Positions 1 through 9,332 of a DNA stretch of 34,079 bases are shown here, one piece after another. Position numbers and translations under genes: made by a program. Source of the stretch: an uncultured Bacilli bacterium (GTDB lineage Bacteria; Bacillota_I; Bacilli_A; RFN20; CAG-826). The notes below the pieces were generated by a model. The model was not told where the DNA came from. It made no database searches and saw only the letters and a program-made list of their open reading frames with translations. Where the stretch lies: the NCBI GenBank assembly GCA_944358755.1, contig CALVRY010000001.1, positions 1 to 34,079 on the forward strand, read 5' to 3'. Numbering within the stretch: the stretch's first letter is position 1; each line of letters begins with the position of its first letter.

Positions 1-449
1 ATTTAGACCCAGAAGCAAACGAAAAATATGTCCCATATTGTATTGAACCAAGTTTAGGTTTAGACCGTTTATTCTTAATGATAGTGACTGATAGTTACGA
101 TGAAGAAGTATTAGAAAATGGTGAAACTAGAAAGATTATGCACTTAAAGCCATTCTTAGCTCCATATAAAGCAAGTATTTTACCATTAAGTAAACAGCTA
201 AACGATAAAGCTAAAGAAATTTTTGATTCATTAATTCCATTCTTACGTGTCAATTACGATACAACTGGAAGTATAGGCAAAAGATATAGAAGAAATGATG
301 AAATTGGAACTCCATATTGTGTTACAGTCGATTTTGAAACAGAAAACGATCAATGCGTTACTGTTAGAGAAAGAGACTCTATGAAACAAGAAAGAATTAA
401 AATAGCTGATTTAAGAAACTATTTATTAGAAAAAACTTTTTATAGATGA
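1..449 (+). CDS. glyQS: glycine--tRNA ligase, C-terminal fragment (5' end lies outside the window)
   Basis: The frame is open from position 3 (LDPEANEKYVPYCIEPSLGLDRLFL...). It carries the class II motif-3-like IEPSxGxDR and an anticodon-binding-domain tail. It ends at a TGA that overlaps the dnaG ATG (ATGA at 446-449). Confidence 0.85.
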   Translation, partial: LDPEANEKYVPYCIEPSLGLDRLFLMIVTDSYDEEVLENGETRKIMHLKPFLAPYKASILPLSKQLNDKAKEIFDSLIPFLRVNYDTTGSIGKRYRRNDEIGTPYCVTVDFETENDQCVTVRERDSMKQERIKIADLRNYLLEKTFYR

Positions 450-2305
450 GTGGAAATTTAATAGATTTAGCAAATGATATTTTAAGAAACGCTGATATAG
501 TCGAAGTAATTTCTCACTATATTAAAGTAGAGAAAAAAGGTAGAAATTATACTGGACTATGTCCTTTTCATGATGACAAATCTCTTGGAAATTTCTATAT
601 AAGTAAGGAAAAAGGGATTTTTAAGTGTTTTTCCTGCAATGCTGGCGGCAATGCAATCAATTTTGTTCAAAAAATCGAAAATCTATCTTATAAAGATGCA
701 GTTTTAAAAACAGCTGAATTAATTGGTTATCAAGATACAAGATTATTAAATTACCAAACAACAGTAAAAATTAATCCTGAAATTAAAGCAATCCAAGATT
801 GTTTAACAGAAATTAACAATTTTTATCAAAACAGTCTATTTTTTAGTGAAGATGGGAAAGATGCTTTAGATTATTTACATCATCGTGGATTAACTGATGA
901 TGTTATTAGATTTTTTAAGATTGGTTATGCTCAGTCAAAAGGTGAAAACATCATCGAATATTTAAAATCTAAGAATTTTTCGATTAAAACAATAGCAGAA
1001 ACAGGAATTATTCATTTAGAAACAACACCTTATAGAGATTTAAATGCTAATCGTATTACATTTGCAATTACTGATAGGAATAACCAAATTGTTGGTTTTA
1101 GTTGCAGAAAATTTAGAGATGGTGACACATCGAGTGCGAAATACGTAAATACATCTTCAACAAAATTATTTAATAAAGGAAATTTACTTTATAACTATTA
1201 CAACGCCTTGAACGAAGCTAAAAAATCTGGATATGTATATTTACTTGAAGGATTTATGGATGTTATTGCTTGCCATAGAGTTGGAATAAGAGCGGCAGTT
1301 GGATTAATGGGAACTGCATTATCTAAAGATAATTTGCAATCATTAAGATATTTCAATTGCGAAGTTCGACTTTGTCTTGATTTAGATGGTCCTGGACAGT
1401 TGAACATGAAAAAAATAAGCGATATTTTTGATGAATCAAATATTAAATATCGTCTAGTAAGTAACGAAGTAGACTTTCCAGAAAAAGATACTGATGAAAT
1501 TTTAAAAAAATATGGTGAAGATAAACTGAAAAGTTATCTTGCAAATCTTGTAAATAAGGGCGAGTGGTTAATCAAATACTTCAAAAAATCATTGAATTTA
1601 TCAACATTAGAAGGAAAAAAGCAAATTGTTAATAATTTAATACCCTATTTATCTACTTTAAAAGATGAATTAGAAATAGATTATTTTATTAATGAACTTT
1701 CTACTTTAAGTGGATATAGCTATCAAACAATTCAACAAGCTTTAAGAAGATATAACAAAAAATTAGATAAAAAGGACGAAGAAGCACTAAATGTTTTAAT
1801 TAAATCCAACAAAAGTGAGGCTCAAATTGTATTAAATAGGCTACAACTTGCCGAAAAGCAAGTTTTAAGATACATGTTGGAGAACAAAGATGTAATTGAG
1901 AAATATGACATTAAGTTAGGTTATTTTTCAACGCCTATTTATCGTGAAATAGCAAATGTAATCGAAGAATATGTTACACATATCCGAATAAACACTGATT
2001 ATAACATTAAAAATTTAATGACTTACTTATCCAGTGAAGATTTTGAAGCAAGAAATAAAGACAAAATCATGGCTGAAATTACTGATATTGCAGTCGATGA
2101 TTTCAAAGTGCCGCCTTATAGCGAGGAGCAATTTGATGATTTAATTCAAACCATTAACAAAGAAAGAGTTGAAAACCAAACTCTTGATGTTTATAAAAAT
2201 TCTTCTTTAAACAAAACCGAGATTGAGAAAGCAGAATACGCTAAAACATGTCTCGCTAAACTCAAATCGCTAATCGAAGAAGAAGATAAAAAAAGGAGGA
2301 ACTGA
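446..2305 (+). CDS. dnaG: DNA primase
   Basis: 619 aa. It has an N-terminal zinc-ribbon [26 protein letters not shown] and a TOPRIM region ([18 protein letters not shown]). It sits in the conserved glyS-dnaG-sigA order. Confidence 0.9.
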   Translation: MSGNLIDLANDILRNADIVEVISHYIKVEKKGRNYTGLCPFHDDKSLGNFYISKEKGIFKCFSCNAGGNAINFVQKIENLSYKDAVLKTAELIGYQDTRLLNYQTTVKINPEIKAIQDCLTEINNFYQNSLFFSEDGKDALDYLHHRGLTDDVIRFFKIGYAQSKGENIIEYLKSKNFSIKTIAETGIIHLETTPYRDLNANRITFAITDRNNQIVGFSCRKFRDGDTSSAKYVNTSSTKLFNKGNLLYNYYNALNEAKKSGYVYLLEGFMDVIACHRVGIRAAVGLMGTALSKDNLQSLRYFNCEVRLCLDLDGPGQLNMKKISDIFDESNIKYRLVSNEVDFPEKDTDEILKKYGEDKLKSYLANLVNKGEWLIKYFKKSLNLSTLEGKKQIVNNLIPYLSTLKDELEIDYFINELSTLSGYSYQTIQQALRRYNKKLDKKDEEALNVLIKSNKSEAQIVLNRLQLAEKQVLRYMLENKDVIEKYDIKLGYFSTPIYREIANVIEEYVTHIRINTDYNIKNLMTYLSSEDFEARNKDKIMAEITDIAVDDFKVPPYSEEQFDDLIQTINKERVENQTLDVYKNSSLNKTEIEKAEYAKTCLAKLKSLIEEEDKKRRN

Positions 2306-2307
2306 AT

Positions 2308-3585
2308 ATGGAAAGAAAAGTTAAAAAATCAACTAAGAAAAGCGAAGTAAAAATCGATGATATCGATACTAACGTCGAAGAAGTAAACATTGATGATTAC
2401 AATCCATCAGACGAAAAAGAAGATTTAATGACTTTAGATCAAATTGTTAAGAAATTTGAAGAAGCCAATAAAGATACAAAATTCATCGATCAAGATGAGT
2501 TTTTTGATGAAACTTCATATTTAGATTTAAGTGATCAAGATTATGAAAGAATATTTGATCATTTCAAAGAATTAGGCTACGAAGTTGCCGGCAGTAAAGA
2601 CAACGATTTAGAAAATGAAGATATGCCTGATGATTTTGATGAAAATGATTTAGAAAATGACGACACTTTCGATGATGATTTTGATAGCGATGAACAACAT
2701 CCTGAAAGTAACCTTGATATCAATAATTTAGATAACATCGAATCAAGCGATGTTAAAGTTAATGATAGCGTTAAACAATACTTAAAAGAAATTGGTAGAG
2801 TTCCTCTTTTAAAACCAAAAGAAGAAACTGAACTTGCAAAACGTATTGTTGCTGGCGATAAAAGAGCTAAAGATCAACTTATTAATGCTAATTTAAGATT
2901 AGTTGTTTCTATTGCTAAACACTACATTGGTAGAGGCATGCAATTCTTAGATCTTATTTCAGAAGGTAATTTGGGTCTTATTAAAGCAGTTGAAAAATTC
3001 GATTACAAAAAAGGATTCAAATTTTCAACATATGCAACTTGGTGGATACGACAAGCTATTACAAGAGCTATCGCTGATCAAGCAAGAACTATCAGAATTC
3101 CAGTCCATATGGTTGAAACAATCAACAAAATTACTAGAGTTCAAAGACAACTTGTCCAAGAATTAGGTAGAGAACCAACTGCAGAAGAAATTTCTAAGAA
3201 AATGGATAATGCTTTATCTCCAGATAGAATTAGAGAAATTACAACTTTAGCTTTAGAACCAGTTTCTCTTGAAAGTCCAATCGGTGAAGAAGATGACAGC
3301 CATCTTGGTGACTTCGTAGAAGACAAGGAATCAATTTCACCAACTGAATATACCAGAAAATCAATGAATCGTGATGCATTATTCAATGTTATGAACGATT
3401 TAACCGATAGAGAAGAAAGAGTTTTAAGATTAAGATATGGTTTAGATGACAATAGACCAAGAACTCTTGAAGAAGTAGGTAAAGAATTTGGTGTTACAAG
3501 AGAAAGAATCAGACAAATTGAAGCTAAAGCTATCAGAAAATTAAGACATCCAACAAGAACTAAAAAACTTGATGATTTACATTAA
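2308..3585 (+). CDS. sigA: primary RNA polymerase sigma factor (sigma-70/SigA) with a long acidic N-terminal region
   Basis: 425 aa. Region 2 is present ([30 protein letters not shown]), as is the region 4 HTH ([30 protein letters not shown]). A GGAGG SD lies upstream. Confidence 0.95.
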   Translation: MERKVKKSTKKSEVKIDDIDTNVEEVNIDDYNPSDEKEDLMTLDQIVKKFEEANKDTKFIDQDEFFDETSYLDLSDQDYERIFDHFKELGYEVAGSKDNDLENEDMPDDFDENDLENDDTFDDDFDSDEQHPESNLDINNLDNIESSDVKVNDSVKQYLKEIGRVPLLKPKEETELAKRIVAGDKRAKDQLINANLRLVVSIAKHYIGRGMQFLDLISEGNLGLIKAVEKFDYKKGFKFSTYATWWIRQAITRAIADQARTIRIPVHMVETINKITRVQRQLVQELGREPTAEEISKKMDNALSPDRIREITTLALEPVSLESPIGEEDDSHLGDFVEDKESISPTEYTRKSMNRDALFNVMNDLTDREERVLRLRYGLDDNRPRTLEEVGKEFGVTRERIRQIEAKAIRKLRHPTRTKKLDDLH

Positions 3586-3591
3586 TTAATA

Positions 3592-4248
3592 ATGATTTCT
3601 GAGCGTTTAAAACAAATATCAAATTTTATTAATGATGACCATGATGTAGCTGACATTGGCAGCGACCATGGTCTTCTTTTGGTTTTATTATCTAATCGTA
3701 ATTTTTCGCATGAAGTATTAGGAGTAGAAAATAAAATCGGACCTTTTTCTAATTTAGAAAAGACCGTTAATAAAATTGCAAAAAATAATTTCAAATGCCT
3801 TTTATCAGACGGATTAAAAGATGTTAAAGGAAATTATAAAACAATTGTAATTGCAGGAATGGGTTATTCTAACTTAAAAAATATCCTTAATAAAGATAAA
3901 AATCTTAAATCTCGTGAAAAATTTGTTATCGATTGTCATACAAATCAAAAAGAAATTAGAAATTTATTTTATGAATTGGGATATAAAGTAGAGGATGAAA
4001 AAGTAATTTTTGAAGATTCAATATATTATGATGTCATTAAATTTGAAATAAATAATGATAATCAAACTTATAATTCGCTTGAATTAAAATATGGTCCATT
4101 AAATATAAAAAGAAAAGATGATATTTTTATTCAAAGATATAATAAACAATTATATAAAGTTAAAAATTTATGCAATTCTATTAGCAATCTTGAGCGTAAA
4201 AAAGAACTAGAGTTAGAAATAAAAGAATTGGAGGAAATTATTAAATGA
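3592..4248 (+). CDS. trmK: tRNA (adenine22-N1)-methyltransferase TrmK/YqfN family
   Basis: 218 aa with a DIGSDHG SAM-binding motif. It occupies the position after sigA, as in Bacillus. Its TGA stop overlaps the next ATG (4245-4248). Confidence 0.75.
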   Translation: MISERLKQISNFINDDHDVADIGSDHGLLLVLLSNRNFSHEVLGVENKIGPFSNLEKTVNKIAKNNFKCLLSDGLKDVKGNYKTIVIAGMGYSNLKNILNKDKNLKSREKFVIDCHTNQKEIRNLFYELGYKVEDEKVIFEDSIYYDVIKFEINNDNQTYNSLELKYGPLNIKRKDDIFIQRYNKQLYKVKNLCNSISNLERKKELELEIKELEEIIK

Positions 4249-5027
4249 AAACTAAGATTTTACTTAAAAAATTATCTAAATATTTTCCTAAATCACTCGC
4301 AGAAAGTTATGATCATGTTGGTTTACAATGTGGCAAACTTAAAGAAGAAACAAACACAGTTTTATTGTGCCTAGATTATGATGAAGATGTTTACGATTAT
4401 ATTCTTCAAAATCGTTTAGAGAATAAGCTTGATATGATTATTTCTCACCATCCTTTTATTTTTGGAACAAGAGCAAAAGTTCTTAAAAATGATCCTTTAA
4501 AAAAGGAATTATTTGATAAAACATCGGCTTTAAATATTCCTGTTTACAGCTATCACACCAATTTTGATGGCGGTAAAGAAGGAATGAATGATGCTTTAAC
4601 TCGTGAACTTGAGTTAATTGATATTAAACCACTAGAAAATGAGCCAATGGCAAGAGGCGGATATTTAAAAGAAGAGATGGAAATTCATGATTTTGCTAAA
4701 TATGCCGCAAAGAAACTTAATGTTAACTATGGAACTTTAATTAATAAAGGCACAAAAACGATAAAAAAAGTAGCCATCATTGGTGGAGGCGGTTGGAGTT
4801 CTTATCTTGCCGCCAAAAACGAAGGCTACGATATTTTTGTAAGTGGTGATATTCCTCATCATGGAAGAAGAGGAGTTGTCGCAAATAAATACAATTATTT
4901 AGATTTACCTCATGAAATTGAAAAAATATTCATGAAGCAATTTAAGAAAGTTTTACTTTCTATAGATTCTGAACTACAGATTTTACTTGTTGATCAAGAA
5001 GATCTCCCTGAATTCCTCTATATCTAA
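4245..5027 (+). CDS. Nif3-family dinuclear metal center protein (YqfO-like, short form)
   Basis: 260 aa with HHPFIF, YHTNFD and GDIPHH motifs typical of NIF3/GTP cyclohydrolase 1 type 2 homologs. A GGAGG SD is present. Confidence 0.85.
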   Translation: MKTKILLKKLSKYFPKSLAESYDHVGLQCGKLKEETNTVLLCLDYDEDVYDYILQNRLENKLDMIISHHPFIFGTRAKVLKNDPLKKELFDKTSALNIPVYSYHTNFDGGKEGMNDALTRELELIDIKPLENEPMARGGYLKEEMEIHDFAKYAAKKLNVNYGTLINKGTKTIKKVAIIGGGGWSSYLAAKNEGYDIFVSGDIPHHGRRGVVANKYNYLDLPHEIEKIFMKQFKKVLLSIDSELQILLVDQEDLPEFLYI

Positions 5028-5898
5028 AGTAATTATAAATATCTTCTATTGTCTTTCTTGAAACGCTACCATCTGAAGTAACATAAATTTTACGATGAAC
5101 TTCAATATTTAATGCAATAGCTCCTGGCACATCAGAAATAACAGCATAGGAGATATTTTTTTCATTTAAATGATAATATTCTTCAATATATTTATCAGTT
5201 TTTGTTGAACTACTGATAATTAATAAAACATCATTATCTTTTAATTTTTCTAATAATGTCTTCTTTTTGTCATAATTTTCATCACTAACTTCGTGATTAA
5301 TTACAGCTTTAGGTAAATAAGTTTTAATTTTATATAAAGCCATCGAAAGTGAATCGTTAGCGATTTCACTTTGATAAATAATTTGAGTGCTTTTTTTGTT
5401 GTTCTTTTTATTTAAGCAAATTGCATTAGAAGGTGAGTCTGTATTTAAATCGTAAAAGAAAAATCTATGATTAGTTGATTTTGCTAAATAGTTTTCTTCA
5501 ACCGTATTAATGTTTCCAACAAAAATAACTTTTTTACCAAATCTAGCCTTTTTAATAAGCTTTTCTTTGTCTAAAGTAGAAGGAGATGTTGCATCAAAAT
5601 AAACAATTTTTCTCTTTTTCATTATTTTGAATAATTTTTGTTCAGTTCCATAAGGTGATGTAATAATGATTGTTTCGCGATCTACTTTTTTAAGATAATC
5701 GGCAAAACCTTCATAAGGGATATCTAAAACGACGATGTTAAGTCTACTTAACTCGTTTTTAGCATGTTCGCCGTTTAATAATCCTCCTAAAAGAACAATA
5801 TTAGAGTTCCTAAAGCTTGTTCTTGCTTGATAAGCAACGTTTAATAAATTATTTAAAGTTTTTGAGTAACCACATGGTTCAATAATTTCGATATTCAT
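4960..5898 (-). CDS. ispH: IspH/LytB-family protein (HMBPP reductase homolog), degenerate: all three Fe-S Cys ligands are Ser
   Basis: 312 aa, collinear by hand alignment with B. subtilis and E. coli IspH. GYS aligns with GYC/GFC, FDATSP with DATCP, and HEVS with QEIC. It has the same position and orientation as B. subtilis yqfP, between yqfO and cshB. Confidence 0.7.
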   Translation of the reverse strand: MNIEIIEPCGYSKTLNNLLNVAYQARTSFRNSNIVLLGGLLNGEHAKNELSRLNIVVLDIPYEGFADYLKKVDRETIIITSPYGTEQKLFKIMKKRKIVYFDATSPSTLDKEKLIKKARFGKKVIFVGNINTVEENYLAKSTNHRFFFYDLNTDSPSNAICLNKKNNKKSTQIIYQSEIANDSLSMALYKIKTYLPKAVINHEVSDENYDKKKTLLEKLKDNDVLLIISSSTKTDKYIEEYYHLNEKNISYAVISDVPGAIALNIEVHRKIYVTSDGSVSRKTIEDIYNYFRYRGIQGDLLDQQVKSVVQNL

Positions 5899-5954
5899 GA
5901 AAGTATTTTAACATTTTTAATGAAAAAATGGGATAAATTATATAAAATGACTGC

Positions 5955-7316
5955 ATGCAATTTAAATCTTTTAATCTAAAACCAGAAATTATTAATGTTT
6001 TAAGTGACTTAGGTTACGTTAATTTAACAAAAATTCAAGAATTAGTGATTCCAAAAGCCTTAAAAGGAGAGAATATTATCGCTAAAAGTGAGACAGGGAG
6101 TGGAAAGACTCACGCTTTTATTGTTCCAATTATCAATAACATAGTTAGTGATAATAATTTACAAGCAATAATTATTAGTCCAACTAAAGAATTAGCTCAA
6201 CAAACATACTCATTTATCGTACAAATTGTAGAAAAATTAGAAAATATTACAGTAAAATTATTTTCAAGTGGTGAAGACACCACGAAAGACAGTAAATCTT
6301 TTTATAATGGTGCAAATATTATTGTTGCGACACCTGGCCGTTTATCATATTTATTAAATAACGTACAAATTGATTTATCAAATTTAAAAACAATCGTTCT
6401 TGATGAAGCGGATATGCTCATTGATAGAACTTTTATTGATGAAATTGATAAAATTTTTAGTATTGTCGACAAAAACAAGATTCAAATCGAAGTTTTTAGT
6501 GCAACAATATCGAATAATGTTAATGATTTTTTAAGAAAATATATTTCGCCTGACTATTTATTAACTGTTGATGACGAAAATAAAGCTTCAAAAAACGTTA
6601 AACATTTTTTCATCAACACCAAACACCAAGACAAATTCCAATTATTGTTAGATTTCATTAATTTAAAAAATCCTTATTTATTATTTGTTTTCGGTAATTC
6701 AAAAACTGAAGCCAAAAAAATATATGAATTTTTATCCGAAAATAAGTTTAAATGCGGATTTATTAGCGGTGAATTAGAAAAAAGAGAAAGAAGATCAATG
6801 CTTAGAAGAATCAAAAACGACCAATATCGTATTGTTGTCGGAACTGATTTGGCTGCAAGAGGCATTGATGTGGAAGATGTTAGTGATGTTTTAAACTTCA
6901 ACATTCCAAACAATTTAGAATATTATTATCACCGTGCAGGAAGAACAGGACGAATTGGCAAAAGTGGAAATTGCTATTCTTTTTATGATAACGATAATTT
7001 AAATTTGCCTTCAAAACTAATTAATGAAGGGCTGGAAGTGGAATACTTAAAATTTAACAATGGAGAATTAGTTAAAGATATTCCTTTAAATAAAGATATT
7101 AAAAAGAAAAAATCCAATGTTAATACAGATTTAGAAAGAGAAATCAAAAAAGCTAAATTTAAAGCAATGGGCAAAAAAGTTAAGCCTGGATACAAGAAAA
7201 AAGTTAAACAAGCAATTGATAAAGTCAAAAGAAAACATAGAAGAGAAGTCATTAAAAAAGACATTCGTAGACAAAGAGTCGAAAGATATAAAAACGAAGC
7301 CAAAAACAATATTTAG
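5955..7316 (+). CDS. cshB: DEAD-box ATP-dependent RNA helicase with a Lys/Arg-rich C-terminal tail
   Basis: 453 aa with Q-motif, GSGKTHAF, DEAD, SAT and HRAGRTGR. Its synteny matches B. subtilis yqfR (cshB), between ispH and ispG. Confidence 0.85.
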   Translation: MQFKSFNLKPEIINVLSDLGYVNLTKIQELVIPKALKGENIIAKSETGSGKTHAFIVPIINNIVSDNNLQAIIISPTKELAQQTYSFIVQIVEKLENITVKLFSSGEDTTKDSKSFYNGANIIVATPGRLSYLLNNVQIDLSNLKTIVLDEADMLIDRTFIDEIDKIFSIVDKNKIQIEVFSATISNNVNDFLRKYISPDYLLTVDDENKASKNVKHFFINTKHQDKFQLLLDFINLKNPYLLFVFGNSKTEAKKIYEFLSENKFKCGFISGELEKRERRSMLRRIKNDQYRIVVGTDLAARGIDVEDVSDVLNFNIPNNLEYYYHRAGRTGRIGKSGNCYSFYDNDNLNLPSKLINEGLEVEYLKFNNGELVKDIPLNKDIKKKKSNVNTDLEREIKKAKFKAMGKKVKPGYKKKVKQAIDKVKRKHRREVIKKDIRRQRVERYKNEAKNNI

Positions 7317-7373
7317 TGCTTAATTAGTATTTTATCAGTATATTATTAGTACATAATTAGTAGTAAATTAGTA
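7314..7373 (+). repeat. phased TAGTA array A (6 units, 11-bp register)
   Basis: The sequence reads TAGTGCTTAAT|TAGTATTTTAT|CAGTATATTAT|TAGTACATAAT|TAGTAGTAAAT|TAGTACATATC. It spans from the cshB stop to the ispG stop. Confidence 0.85.
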
Positions 7374-8420
7374 CATATCAATTAATTTATAAAGCTCGTT
7401 GAGAACATTTTCTTCATCTGTTGTTTTTAGTATTTTACCATGACTAAAGATTTGAAAAAGGCCATTACCGCCAGCAATTCCAATGTCAGCATTTTTTCCT
7501 TCACCTATGCCATTAACGATGCAGCCCATAACAGCAACAGTTAAATTTTTTTTATGTTGAATCATATATTCCAAAATTTTATCAGCTATTTGAGCAGTAT
7601 TTTTAACCATACATCGACCACATGTAGGACAGGTTATAATTGTTGGATAATTTTCATATAATCCAAGATCATGTAATAACCTTACACACGTTTTAATCTC
7701 TTTTTGAGGATTGTGCGTGAGAGAAATTCTAATAGTAGAACCAATTCCTTCAAGTAATAGAGGAGAAAGTGCACTCACAGATCTAATAATACCAATTTCG
7801 TCATAACCACTTTCAGTAACACCAATATGAAGAGGATAATTAGTTTTTTTACTCATTAAACGATAAGCTTTAATAGTTAGAAGTGGATTTGAAGCTTTTA
7901 CGCTTATAACGAGTTTAGAAAAACCATATTCTTCAAATTTTTTGATATATTTTAAAGCACTTTCAGTTAATTTTTCTTCTTCAGATAAATTAGATGAAGC
8001 TAAATCCTTTTCTAAAGAACCTTTATTAACCCCAATTCTAATTGCGACATCATACTTTTTAGCAACATCAATTATTCTTTTTAATTTCTCATCGCTTCCA
8101 ATATTTCCTGGATTTATTCGTATTTTATCAGCTCCATTTTCAATGGCTAAAATGCCTAAATTAGCATCAAAGTGTATATCAGCAACAATCGGAACGCTAA
8201 CTCTTTTTTTAATTTCTTTAATTGCATAAGCATCATCTTTATCTAAAATACTTACTCTCATCATTTGTGCGCCTAAAGCAGTGCATTCGTTGATTTCTTT
8301 GACAACTTCATGAATTTTAGAAGTTTTAATGTCGCACATTGATTGAATTATAACTTGATTATTTCCGCCAATTTGAATATTTCCTATTTTTACAGGAATT
8401 GTATTTTCTCTCGTACTCAT
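7368..8420 (-). CDS. ispG: 4-hydroxy-3-methylbut-2-en-1-yl diphosphate synthase (IspG/GcpE)
   Basis: 350 aa with VADIHFD, RINPGNIG and RIGVNKGSLEKDL. The Fe-S ligands are intact (CPTCGRC ... MGCIVNGIGEG). Confidence 0.9.
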   Translation of the reverse strand: MSTRENTIPVKIGNIQIGGNNQVIIQSMCDIKTSKIHEVVKEINECTALGAQMMRVSILDKDDAYAIKEIKKRVSVPIVADIHFDANLGILAIENGADKIRINPGNIGSDEKLKRIIDVAKKYDVAIRIGVNKGSLEKDLASSNLSEEEKLTESALKYIKKFEEYGFSKLVISVKASNPLLTIKAYRLMSKKTNYPLHIGVTESGYDEIGIIRSVSALSPLLLEGIGSTIRISLTHNPQKEIKTCVRLLHDLGLYENYPTIITCPTCGRCMVKNTAQIADKILEYMIQHKKNLTVAVMGCIVNGIGEGKNADIGIAGGNGLFQIFSHGKILKTTDEENVLNELYKLIDMY

Positions 8421-8476
8421 ATAAATATTATATGCTGATTTTTAGATTAAAATATATAGAAACACACGGTTAAATG

Positions 8477-8485
8477 TGATAAAAT
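8477..8485 (+). promoter_or_regulatory. candidate extended -10 promoter element (TGaTAAAAT) for rpmG
   Basis: The sequence TGATAAAAT lies 30 nt upstream of the rpmG ATG, and an AAAGGAG SD lies at 8502-8508. No good -35 element was seen. Confidence 0.4.
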
Positions 8486-8514
8486 CACGTATGCATTAAC
8501 GAAAGGAGTTTATT

Positions 8515-8664
8515 ATGCGTGATAACATTATTTTAAAATGTACAGTTTGTGGTGAAGAACAATATATCACTTCTAAGAACAAGAAAAACAATCCAGATAG
8601 AATTGAAAAGAAAAAATATTGTCCACATTGCCAAAAAGTTCAAGTTTTTAAAGAAAAGAAATAA
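8515..8664 (+). CDS. rpmG: 50S ribosomal protein L33 (zinc-ribbon form)
   Basis: This gene is not in the ORF track (49 aa). My own translation is [49 protein letters not shown]. It closely resembles B. subtilis RpmG and has a CxxC...CxxC pattern. An AAAGGAG SD lies 7 nt upstream. Confidence 0.9.
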   Translation: MRDNIILKCTVCGEEQYITSKNKKNNPDRIEKKKYCPHCQKVQVFKEKK

Positions 8665-8672
8665 TATTTCTT

Positions 8673-9332
8673 ATGATTAAAACTTTTAGATTTGAATCTG
8701 ATACTTCTGAATTTAGCGCGAATACATATGTAGTCGGAGATAAAGGCGGAAGATGTGTAGTAATTGATTTAGGAAGTACTCAACAAAGAGTTATTGATTA
8801 TATTAAAGAAAATCATACTTCCTGTTCAGGAATTTTACTTACACATGGTCATTTTGACCATATTAGAGGAATTGAGAAGTTTTTAGAAACATTCTCTTGT
8901 ACAGTATTTGTGCATGAGAAGGATCAAGAATTATTAGAGAATCCTAAACTTAATTGTTCGCATTTTTCCGAAAAAAAGGATATTTCGTTAAAACTTAGCA
9001 ATATATATCTTTTAGACGATGAAGATGAAATCGATTTTAAAAACGGATATATATTTAAAGTAATTGAAACGCCATTTCATACGAATGGAAGTGTTTGCTT
9101 TCTATGCGAGAAAGAAAATGCTTTATTTACAGGTGATACTTTGTTTAAAGGATCAATTGGTAGAACTGATTTACCAAAAGGTAATGAAAAACTCGTTATT
9201 TCTTCATTATCAAAACTTATTAAACTTGATGATAGTTTAAGAGTTTATCCTGGACATGGCGATGAAACAACTTTAGGTAAAGAAAAATCACAAAACGGAT
9301 TTTTATTAAATATAGAAAGGAATACAAAATGA
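8673..9332 (+). CDS. MBL-fold metallo-hydrolase (glyoxalase II-like)
   Basis: 219 aa with the THGHFDH motif and downstream H/D ligands (TPFHTNGS, GDTLF, PGHG). Confidence 0.8.
   Translation: MIKTFRFESDTSEFSANTYVVGDKGGRCVVIDLGSTQQRVIDYIKENHTSCSGILLTHGHFDHIRGIEKFLETFSCTVFVHEKDQELLENPKLNCSHFSEKKDISLKLSNIYLLDDEDEIDFKNGYIFKVIETPFHTNGSVCFLCEKENALFTGDTLFKGSIGRTDLPKGNEKLVISSLSKLIKLDDSLRVYPGHGDETTLGKEKSQNGFLLNIERNTK

Noticed and set aside
2560-2760. Acidic [12 protein letters not shown]-type low-complexity tract in sigA as a notable repeat
   Set aside because: Acidic, repetitive region 1.1/1.2 linkers are common in primary sigma factors of low-GC bacteria. The reading frame is intact.
5899-5954. Specific promoter calls in the ispH-like/cshB divergent spacer
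   Set aside because: Several TATAAA/TATATA-like hexamers occur in this AT-rich spacer. None has a convincing -35 element or TG extension, so no call could be supported.
7314-7373. TAGTA arrays as TRAP-like (G/U)AG RNA-binding repeats
   Set aside because: TRAP sites have triplets separated by 2-3 nt (a period of 5-6). Here UAG triplets come as adjacent pairs with an 11-nt period.
7340-7376. Equating the arrays with Bacillus RTP Ter sites, because the reverse complement of array A contains TATGTACTAAT twice. That resembles the Ter core CTATGTACYAAAT, which I recalled from memory.
   Set aside because: Only a half-site-like similarity exists. The Bacillus Ter consensus has its two ACYAA-type elements about 16 bp apart, not 11. 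No rtp-like gene is recognisable. I kept this only as a hint within the polarity finding.
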